DNA of 64,000 nucleotides, from the NCBI GenBank assembly GCA_963703315.1, contig OY969811.1, positions 2,176,001-2,240,000 of the forward strand, in the 5' to 3' direction. This stretch comes from an uncultured cyanobacterium (GTDB lineage: Bacteria > Cyanobacteriota > Cyanobacteriia > Pseudanabaenales > Pseudanabaenaceae). Positions 17,925 to 26,040 of the stretch are shown here, piece after piece. Under the pieces are notes generated by a model. The model saw only the letters and a list, made by a program, of their open reading frames with translations, had not been told where the DNA came from and searched no databases. Both the position numbers and the translations under genes were made by a program. Numbering within the stretch: the stretch's first letter is position 1; each line of letters starts with the position of its first letter.

Positions 17925-20900
17925 GTGGGGAAATCTAACTGGCGATCGTTTGAAGAGGCTCGTGCTTTTGTACATCAACTTCAACTAAAAAATGTAGCAG
18001 AGTGGAAGGCTTGGGCGAAAACTGAAGCAAAACCATCAGATATCCCTTGTAATCCCTATGGAGTCTATAAAGACAACGGCTGGATTAGTTATGGTGACTG
18101 GCTTGGCACTGGTGTAGTTGCATCTCAAAATTATACGTATTTATCATTTGCAGAAGCTCGTGATCTTGTCCATAAATTGCAGTTAAGAAATCAACAAGAA
18201 TGGAGAGATTGGGTCAAGACTGATGCTAAACCTGAATGTATGCCTGCCAATCCTTATGGTACTTATAAAGACAAAGGATGGCAAGGTTGGGGGGATTGGC
18301 TCGGCACTGGTAGACTTGCAAATCGGAATCGCACTTATCTTCCTTTTACAGAAGCTCGTATTTTTGCTCATCAACTTAGGTTAAATACTACTGAAGAATG
18401 GAAATTGTGGACAAAGACTGATGCTAAACCTGATAATGTACCTGCTGATCCTGCACGTGTATACAAAAGCAAGGGGTGGCAAGGTTGGGGGGATTGGCTC
18501 GGCACTGGTAGGCTTGCTAACCAGAATCGCATTTATCTTCCTTTTGTGGAGGCTCGTGCATTTGCTCATCAACTTAAGTTAAAGACTGCTGAGGAATGGA
18601 AAGTCTGGGCAAAAACTGACACTAAGCCTAATAACATACCTGCTAACCCTGCACTTGTATACAAAGACAATGGATGGATAGGTTGGGGGGATTGGCTTAA
18701 TACTGGAAGAATTGCCAACCAAAATCGCATTCTTCTCCCTTTCCAAGAAGCTCGTGCATATGTTCACAAATTAAACTTAAAAAGTAGGGAAGAATGGAAA
18801 TCTTGGGCAAGGAGTAAAGATAGACCTAGCAATATTCCTGCTGATCCATATAAAGCCTATGAAAAGGAAGGATGGTTAGGGTGGGGGGATTGGTCTGGCA
18901 TTATAAGCCGATGGAAGCCCAATGCTATCTTGAGTTTTCTATATAGTCTCAAGCCTATTTTATTTGGTTTGGAATCTGCTGAACTTTACGCCATCATGAG
19001 GCAAAACGGTATGATTGCTTCTATTGGCAATAAAAGAAATAATCCCGAAATCTTCAAAAGCATTAAAGATTTATGCTCTACCAAAGATCTCGAATCTGAA
19101 TGCAATAAATTAATTTCTCAGATTGAAGATTTAAGAAATAACGGAAGTGGTGAATCTGATGATGCGGAGTTTGAAGATTTTTTCAAAGATGACGACTTAA
19201 ATAGTAGCGAAGAAATAGATACTAATTTAGTCCCTGCTGAAATTGAAAATACTGATACTGAACTACCTCAACTAAAATCCTTTGACTCATTAAAAGCAGT
19301 TGACTTACTTGTAGAAGCAGGAATCACCTCAGATCATGAAACTATCGAATTTTTAATCTGCAATCGCGTTAGCGCCCTATGGCAAGCCTGCCTAAACAAC
19401 GACCCTACCTTTGACCTAGACCGACTTCGCAACGAAACAGGCGGCACATACTTTCAGACGATCCGCGATCGCTTCCTCAGTCAACACGATGGCGCAGCAA
19501 ACCTCACCATACCCAACGGCTATAACTTCCCATATCCACCCAACCTGATGCAACGCCTCACCGCCTATCGCATCCTCACAGAAAGAAGGATCGGTAACTG
19601 GTCAGGAGTTGGCGCAGGGAAAACCATATCCGCCATCTTTGCCAGTCGCGTCATTAACGCCAAATTCACAATCATCATCGCCTTTAACAGCACCATCGAA
19701 GGATGGGCAAAAGCGATCGCCCAAGTCTATCCCGACAGCATCATTTACCAAAAAGAACGCGGTGAAATCAGCGTAGATCGCAACCACCATAACTATCTCA
19801 TTCTCAACTTCGAGAAATTCCAACAACCCTACTCCGCCGAACTTGTCGGCAACATCCTCACCAATCACCAGATCGATTTTGTCGTCATCGATGAAATCCA
19901 AAACGTCAAACAACGCGATCCCAATCCCAACAAAGAAAGCAAACGCCGCAAAACCCTTAACTCCCTACTCTCCGAAGCATCCCGCCAAAACCCTGAACTC
20001 TGCGTCTTAGGCATGAGCGCCACACCCGTCATCAACAACCTCTACGAAGCCAAAGCACTGCTCGAAATGACAAGGGGCGAAAAATTTGACGAATTGAAAA
20101 CCTTCAGCACGATCGCCAATGCCCTCGCCATGCATGAAAAACTGATGCTTCATGGCATCCGCTATCGTCCCAATTACAAGATTGCGATCGCCGAAAGCTT
20201 TCCCGAAATCTCAGGCGAACATCTGCGACCTCAACTCATCGCCGCCATCAAAACTAGCCCCCTCGCTGTCGAGCAAATCCTCCTCTCAGCCAAAATCGAC
20301 ACCATCATCGCCCATCTCAAAACAGGAACCCTCATATATACCCACTATCGCGAAGGCATGGTCGAACCACTCCACAAAGCGATCGCCGCCGCAGGTTACA
20401 AGGTGGGCTTATTCACAGGCGTAGAAGACACCAAGGAACGGGATTCCGCCAAACAGGAATTTATCGCCAGAAAAATCGACATTCTCATCGGCACGGCTCC
20501 CATTGGTACAGGCGTTGATGGACTGCAATATGTTTGCGATCGCCTGATTATCGCCAGCCTTCCTTGGACTCATGCCGAATACGAGCAACTAGTCGGGCGC
20601 ATCTATCGCCAAAAATCATCATTTGCCAAAGTAGAAGTAATTATTCCCCAAGTCATCCTCGATCATCAGGGCGATATCTGGTCATGGGATCGTCAATACC
20701 GATGGAGTCGCATTCAATGGAAAAAATCCCTCGCTGACACGGCGATCGATGGCGTAATTCCTAAAGGCGAACTCGCCTCGGAAAAAGTCGTCCTCCAAAA
20801 AGCAGGAGAAGCGCTGCAAACATGGATCGATCGCGTCGAAAGTGGCGATATCTATGAAATCAACCGTGAAGAATTGCGCGTCCCCTTACCCGAAGCGATC

Positions 20901-21494
20901 GCTAAAATCCTGCAACGCCGCTTTGGTGACTTCTCGGCGATGAACAACCGCTTCAATAATTCCTACAGCCATACCACAGGCGATCGCCTCAAAGCAAACC
21001 CCGAAGAATGGTATCAATACCACCACCTCTATCGCGCCGCCCGTGAATCATGGAAAGAAATCCCCTACGAAAAAATTGCCGAAAAGCTCCAAAACTACAC
21101 CAATCTCCAGATCGGGGACTTCGGTTGCGGAGAAGCCAAACTAGCCGAATTACTTCCCAATCATCAAGTCCATTCCTTCGACCACATCGCCATCAACGCA
21201 AAAGTACAAGCCTGTGATATCGCCCATACACCTCTCCCAGATGCCACCCTCGATGTCGCCATCTTTTCCCTATCCCTCATGGGCTTAAACTATGCCGAAT
21301 ATCTCCAAGAAGCCCATCGCACCCTCAAAGGTGGCGGCAGTCTCCTCATCGCCGAAACCATCAGCCGATGGACAGACAAAAAGCAAGAACTTCTAGATTT
21401 ACTAACGAGTTTAGGATTCACTGTTGTTAAAGTGCAAACAGGCGATCGCTTCCTTTACATCAATGCCACTAAGCCACTGATCACCTTACTTTGA
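17925..21494 (+). CDS. Fusion: 5x66-aa Trp-rich repeats + SF2 (SNF2-like) helicase/ATPase + Rrp8/Methyltransf_8-like SAM methyltransferase
   Basis: Repeats F.EAR.F...L.LK...EW..W....KP..IP.NP..VYK..GW.GWGDWLG. Helicase motifs GVGAGKT, DEIQ, SATP, GTGVDG, QLVGRIYR. MTase motifs GDFGCGEAKLA, HSFDH, ACDIAHTPL, VAIFSLSLMG. Confidence 0.85.
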   Translation: MGKSNWRSFEEARAFVHQLQLKNVAEWKAWAKTEAKPSDIPCNPYGVYKDNGWISYGDWLGTGVVASQNYTYLSFAEARDLVHKLQLRNQQEWRDWVKTDAKPECMPANPYGTYKDKGWQGWGDWLGTGRLANRNRTYLPFTEARIFAHQLRLNTTEEWKLWTKTDAKPDNVPADPARVYKSKGWQGWGDWLGTGRLANQNRIYLPFVEARAFAHQLKLKTAEEWKVWAKTDTKPNNIPANPALVYKDNGWIGWGDWLNTGRIANQNRILLPFQEARAYVHKLNLKSREEWKSWARSKDRPSNIPADPYKAYEKEGWLGWGDWSGIISRWKPNAILSFLYSLKPILFGLESAELYAIMRQNGMIASIGNKRNNPEIFKSIKDLCSTKDLESECNKLISQIEDLRNNGSGESDDAEFEDFFKDDDLNSSEEIDTNLVPAEIENTDTELPQLKSFDSLKAVDLLVEAGITSDHETIEFLICNRVSALWQACLNNDPTFDLDRLRNETGGTYFQTIRDRFLSQHDGAANLTIPNGYNFPYPPNLMQRLTAYRILTERRIGNWSGVGAGKTISAIFASRVINAKFTIIIAFNSTIEGWAKAIAQVYPDSIIYQKERGEISVDRNHHNYLILNFEKFQQPYSAELVGNILTNHQIDFVVIDEIQNVKQRDPNPNKESKRRKTLNSLLSEASRQNPELCVLGMSATPVINNLYEAKALLEMTRGEKFDELKTFSTIANALAMHEKLMLHGIRYRPNYKIAIAESFPEISGEHLRPQLIAAIKTSPLAVEQILLSAKIDTIIAHLKTGTLIYTHYREGMVEPLHKAIAAAGYKVGLFTGVEDTKERDSAKQEFIARKIDILIGTAPIGTGVDGLQYVCDRLIIASLPWTHAEYEQLVGRIYRQKSSFAKVEVIIPQVILDHQGDIWSWDRQYRWSRIQWKKSLADTAIDGVIPKGELASEKVVLQKAGEALQTWIDRVESGDIYEINREELRVPLPEAIAKILQRRFGDFSAMNNRFNNSYSHTTGDRLKANPEEWYQYHHLYRAARESWKEIPYEKIAEKLQNYTNLQIGDFGCGEAKLAELLPNHQVHSFDHIAINAKVQACDIAHTPLPDATLDVAIFSLSLMGLNYAEYLQEAHRTLKGGGSLLIAETISRWTDKKQELLDLLTSLGFTVVKVQTGDRFLYINATKPLITLL

Positions 21495-21535
21495 TTATGC
21501 TAGGCTAAAAATAATTTGCATTCAGGAATGAAGAG

Positions 21536-21796
21536 ATGTCAACCAATAGCCCAACTGTATTTGCAGAAGAATTAGCCAATGAGCTAGACAAAATCCCTGA
21601 GCAGTATTGGTCAAACCTTTTGCAGATTATTCGTTTATTTCGTGAAAGCGTTACGCCAGAATCAGAAAACCATTCTCAAGATCCTGCAATTGTCGAGGCG
21701 ATCGAAGATTTAGGGCTTGTCCATGCCATGCTAGAAGTCAAAGACGAAAAGCCTCTTAGTCTCCAAGAAGCACTTGCCGAAATGGAAAGAGCATGA
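21536..21796 (+). CDS. Putative antitoxin
   Basis: EAIEDLGLVHAMLEVKDEKPLSLQEAL; ATGA overlap with the RelE-like gene. Confidence 0.7.
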   Translation: MSTNSPTVFAEELANELDKIPEQYWSNLLQIIRLFRESVTPESENHSQDPAIVEAIEDLGLVHAMLEVKDEKPLSLQEALAEMERA

Positions 21797-22062
21797 ATGT
21801 TAATTATCTTCCCAGCTTTCTTAAAGAACTTAAAGATCTCAGAAGTACACCTTACTTCAAACCCATAAACACACTTGTATTTGAGGAGATTCCTAAACTT
21901 GCTGGGTTGGCAGATATCAAAAATGTCAAAAAGCTACAGGGGTATGAAAATGCGTATCGAATCAAAGTAGGAGATTATCGAATTGGAGTGATCTTTGAAG
22001 ACGAAACCGTTACATTTTGTAGAGTATTGCATCGCAAAGAAATTTATCGCTATTTCCCATAA
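21793..22062 (+). CDS. RelE/ParE family toxin
   Basis: KKLQGYENAYRIKVGDYRIG...VLHRKEIYRYFP. Confidence 0.9.
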   Translation: MNVNYLPSFLKELKDLRSTPYFKPINTLVFEEIPKLAGLADIKNVKKLQGYENAYRIKVGDYRIGVIFEDETVTFCRVLHRKEIYRYFP

Positions 22063-22140
22063 ACTAACTCTCCCACCACAGATTCCCAAGAAATTGGCTG
22101 CTCCCCTAATCTTTCTGACTCAGCGATCATCTCTAGAGCA

Positions 22141-22608
22141 TTAGAGAACTAAGCTTGCCATTTTTAGTAGAAGTTCTGCATCCAATAAAAAGACTGTTTG
22201 TAGATCTGCAAATTTTTTGATCGATACCTGCATGATATGACTGGCAATACCCAAGGTGTCGCGATCGCGGTATTCGGCTGGTATTGGCTGGAGACTCTGT
22301 ACAGGTACATCTTCTACATTAGGTAAATTGGCGATCGTAATTCCGTATAAACTATTTTTCCCTGCGAAAATAACTAGGAAACCTTTGGCTAGATTTGTCT
22401 CTTGACCATAAATTTTTTTATATAGGTCAATGACTAAAACTTCGCGATCTTCATAGGTGGTTATTCCCAATAACTTATCGCCACTACGATGAATTTGCGG
22501 TAAAGGAATAATCCGTACGACACTATCGATTCCCATTGCCAAATTTAGATCTCCCATTGAGAAGATTAAAAATTTGAGAGTTTCTTGTTTTTTCTTATTG
22601 CTGAGCAT
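22141..22608 (-). CDS. cheW: CheW-like protein
   Basis: FLIFSMGDLNLAMGIDSVVRII...LGITTYEDREVLVIDL; last gene of the taxis operon. Confidence 0.8.
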   Translation of the reverse strand: MLSNKKKQETLKFLIFSMGDLNLAMGIDSVVRIIPLPQIHRSGDKLLGITTYEDREVLVIDLYKKIYGQETNLAKGFLVIFAGKNSLYGITIANLPNVEDVPVQSLQPIPAEYRDRDTLGIASHIMQVSIKKFADLQTVFLLDAELLLKMASLVL

Positions 22609-22650
22609 GGTAATTAATTATATGTTCGTATAAGCGTTGCGAAGCAACGC

Positions 22651-25600
22651 TTATACGAGTAAATCTTGAATTGTTTTGATTAAATCTTGCTCCAGATAAG
22701 GCTTGGTAATATATCCTGAAGCGCCAAGCACTTGAGCAACACCGCGATGCTTTTGTCCACCGCGTGACGTGACCATCACAATCGGAAGAGCCTTGTGACG
22801 CAGATCTTTGCGACAGGCTGCTAAAAATTCAAATCCATTCATATTGGGCATTTCCACATCGCATAACACAGCTTGAATTTCAGGCGATCGCGCAAGTTTA
22901 TCGATCGCCTCTCGTCCGTCGGAGGCTTGGACTATTTGATAGCCAAATTTTTCTAAGGTGAGATAGAGGGCTTGACGGGTGGTGAGCGAATCATCAACGA
23001 TCAGAATAGTTGGTCTCTGAAGAGATTTGACTTCTAATACTGTTGGCTTAGAGGGGACATGAGCTTTATCCGTAACTGGTGATTTAATCGAAGACTGAGG
23101 CATAGAGATCAAGGCGGCGCTATCAATCACGGGAACAAGTGTGCCATCGCCCAAAATAGTACAACCATATAAATAGGGTGGTGGAGCGATCGCTTTCCCA
23201 AAGGGTTTCACAGCTAACTCTTGTTCATTGAGAACGCGATCAATAGGTAGGGCGACTATTTCACTACCATCAGAGAATAACAACATCGTGGTTTGATTTT
23301 CTTCAGTAAAGGATTCTGTACTAAATATATCTAACGATTGTTTGGGTAATGGATAGCCATCAGCAAATATGGATATGGGATATAGCGGAATTAACCGATC
23401 TTCAAAACGATAAAATTCTTTGCCTTGAATAATTTGAATTTCACTAGAATCAACGGTGACAATGCCAAGTAAGGTATCGATCGCGATCGCTAATAATCGC
23501 TCTTGAATGCTGAAAATCATCAGCTTGGCAATACTGAGAGTAAGCGGTAATTTAATCGTAAATACCGTACCCTGACCTAGTACTGATTTAATGTCGATGG
23601 AACCCTTAAGACTGCGAACTTGCTCTTGGACAGTGGACAGCCCCATGCCTCTTCCTGATAGCTCAGAGACAGTTTCGGCTGTCGAGAAACTAGGTGCAAA
23701 TAGAAATTGATAAACCTCCTCATTAGTAATTTGATCGGCTTGTTCAGGTTCCAATAAACCAACGGCGATCGCCTTTTCTTTGACCTTCTCAACGTTAATC
23801 CCATGACCATCATCTTTGATTTCGATATAGGTTTGGTTACCACGATAGTAAGCTCGAATCTCAATGGAAGCAATTACAGGCTTACCGCGCTCCAGACGAT
23901 CCTGTGTTGAATCCGTACCATGATCGAAGGCATTTCGCACCAGATGCACAAAGGGATCGTAGAGCTTTTCTAGTACCGATTTGTCAACTAAGGTGCTTGT
24001 ACCTAATAGTTTGAGATTGACCTGTTTATTGTATTTATTGGATAGTTCGCGCACCATGCGGGGCAAACTGCTAAGAATGTCACTTAGAGGTAACATCCGC
24101 GACCACAAGAGGTCATACCTGACTTGTTTGAGAATTTGATGTTTGCGGCGTTGAGTTTGTTGGGTTTGCTGCATCAGCACGGTCATATCCCGCATTCCTT
24201 CATCGATTTGAGCGATTTCTTCGAGAGATTCTTGGATGACGTTATACAGATGGTTATAGGAATCCATTTGTAATGGATCGAAATCTGCAAGTAGATTTGC
24301 TGAGGTCGATAGGTTAGTAGATAGATTAGATAGAAATGAGCTAATCTCTGGCGCTCTAACTTGCGATCGCTGCGCTTTGTCCAGCCAAGTTTGCAGACTC
24401 TTGGAGAGTTTTTCAAAACCTTTGAATTGTTTTTGGAGGCGTTCTATCTTAGCTTGAAGCTGCTGATTTTGGAGAATTGAAGCATTTTCTTGAGTTACCA
24501 GTTCACTAGAAAAATTATTCAATCTTTCTAATCTAGGTAAATCAACTTTTACGGTTTCAGAAATATAGGGAGCTATATTTTCTGCGGTTTTGGTTGGTGT
24601 TTTAGTTACAGATTTACTGGTGGGATTTAATAAATTCTGATTGGTCTTTTGATCAGGACTTAATAATTGCTTTGGCTGAATTTGGCTAGGCTGAATTTGG
24701 CTAGGCTGAATTTCGCTAGGCTCGACCGATGATATCTCCGCTACAGTATGTTCTAAAGTATTATCCACATCAAAATCAACTGAACCAAATATTGAATCTA
24801 AACTATGAAAATCTTCAAAGACATTAGATTTTAGATGATCATTCTCATTGCCTGAATGGTCGGCAAAAATCTCAAATTCTTGATCGATTTGATCGTCTAA
24901 GGTATCAAGATTTAAAGAACCAGTAACTTTGTTTTCTGGAGTATCTAATGTTAGTTCTGAATTACTTACTGAAGAAGTATGATCAAAATCGGCAAAATTA
25001 TCTGGTGAAGATTTTGTCAATACATCTAAATCTTTATAGTCACTATCAAGATTTTCTAAAGTTGAATCTGTGAATGCTTTATCTGTACTTAATTCTGATT
25101 CTAGATTTGATTCTAGATTGGAGAAATTTAGATCACCTATTTCTAATTCTAAAGACTGAAACCAATCATCAGGTTCTTCAAAATCTAACTGGAAAGGCTC
25201 TTCAGTCAAAGTTGTCGCGATCGCCTCACTTTGAAATTGATTAGCTTGAGCGAGGTTAAGTAACTCTGGACTAGGTTGACCACCTTGAGCGCGATCGCCT
25301 GCTAACACTTGCTCACGAGCCGCTTCAAAATTTGCTACGGCAACCTTGCCTACTAAAATTGGATTGTCGGGACAATTCTCAAGGGCTTGCAAAGTTGCTT
25401 GGGCGATCGCCTTGAAGCCTGACAAATTTAATAATTCACCAATACCGCTAAATACTTCTATTTGCGCTCTGATTTCTCCCGTTACAGGTACGCCTTCAGG
25501 ATGAGCAAGGACATTTTGTAAGCGCGAAATTCCTTGCTGGACATCGCCTTCAAATACGACTTGGACAATATCGACCCCCAACTCCGCCGCCGTTGGTAAT

Positions 25601-26025
25601 TCCACATCTTCATCAGTATCACCCAAATATAGCTTTAAGACTTCAAAGACTGGTTCTGCTTCGGCGATCGCTGATGCTGCTTCGTAATGTCCTGATTGCA
25701 GTTGATCCATTAAGGGCAATCGCAAACAGTCGTAAGCCTGAAACAGCAAGCCTTCCACATCAGAGTCAATCTCTCCTTCAAAGCGATAGAGGGATCTAAA
25801 CACATCTTCTAATTGATGGGCGATCGTTTTGATACCATCGAGATTGAGACTAGCGGAACCACCCTTAATGGAATGGGCAGCTCGCATAATTGCGTGAATA
25901 TTCGCAGTGCTGCGATCTTCTCGCAACGACAGCAAGCCAGTTTCGATAATTTGCAAAAACTCAGGAGCTTCTTGCTTAAAAAACTGATATGCCTGATCTT
26001 GAATTTCGGTTTCGGTACTGTACAT
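22651..26025 (-). CDS. cheA: Hybrid CheA (Hpt-HATPase-CheW-REC)
   Basis: RAAHSIKGG Hpt, HLVRNAFDHG, DDGHG, SGRGMGL, C-terminal REC (VDDS...CDVEMP...KP). Confidence 0.95.
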   Translation of the reverse strand: MYSTETEIQDQAYQFFKQEAPEFLQIIETGLLSLREDRSTANIHAIMRAAHSIKGGSASLNLDGIKTIAHQLEDVFRSLYRFEGEIDSDVEGLLFQAYDCLRLPLMDQLQSGHYEAASAIAEAEPVFEVLKLYLGDTDEDVELPTAAELGVDIVQVVFEGDVQQGISRLQNVLAHPEGVPVTGEIRAQIEVFSGIGELLNLSGFKAIAQATLQALENCPDNPILVGKVAVANFEAAREQVLAGDRAQGGQPSPELLNLAQANQFQSEAIATTLTEEPFQLDFEEPDDWFQSLELEIGDLNFSNLESNLESELSTDKAFTDSTLENLDSDYKDLDVLTKSSPDNFADFDHTSSVSNSELTLDTPENKVTGSLNLDTLDDQIDQEFEIFADHSGNENDHLKSNVFEDFHSLDSIFGSVDFDVDNTLEHTVAEISSVEPSEIQPSQIQPSQIQPKQLLSPDQKTNQNLLNPTSKSVTKTPTKTAENIAPYISETVKVDLPRLERLNNFSSELVTQENASILQNQQLQAKIERLQKQFKGFEKLSKSLQTWLDKAQRSQVRAPEISSFLSNLSTNLSTSANLLADFDPLQMDSYNHLYNVIQESLEEIAQIDEGMRDMTVLMQQTQQTQRRKHQILKQVRYDLLWSRMLPLSDILSSLPRMVRELSNKYNKQVNLKLLGTSTLVDKSVLEKLYDPFVHLVRNAFDHGTDSTQDRLERGKPVIASIEIRAYYRGNQTYIEIKDDGHGINVEKVKEKAIAVGLLEPEQADQITNEEVYQFLFAPSFSTAETVSELSGRGMGLSTVQEQVRSLKGSIDIKSVLGQGTVFTIKLPLTLSIAKLMIFSIQERLLAIAIDTLLGIVTVDSSEIQIIQGKEFYRFEDRLIPLYPISIFADGYPLPKQSLDIFSTESFTEENQTTMLLFSDGSEIVALPIDRVLNEQELAVKPFGKAIAPPPYLYGCTILGDGTLVPVIDSAALISMPQSSIKSPVTDKAHVPSKPTVLEVKSLQRPTILIVDDSLTTRQALYLTLEKFGYQIVQASDGREAIDKLARSPEIQAVLCDVEMPNMNGFEFLAACRKDLRHKALPIVMVTSRGGQKHRGVAQVLGASGYITKPYLEQDLIKTIQDLLV

Positions 26026-26040
26026 GGCGGCGCTCCTGTT

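Noticed and set aside
18183..18767. Three similar ~63-aa minus-strand ORFs
   Set aside because: They are antisense shadows of the 198-bp coding repeats in the helicase gene.
17937..18915. Diversity-generating retroelement template/variable repeats
   Set aside because: There is no reverse transcriptase, and differences between units are not adenine-specific.
12297..22130. Classical integron with attC sites
   Set aside because: There is no tyrosine recombinase in the window, the blocks are direct repeats without recognisable attC R/L box symmetry, and cassettes occur in both orientations.
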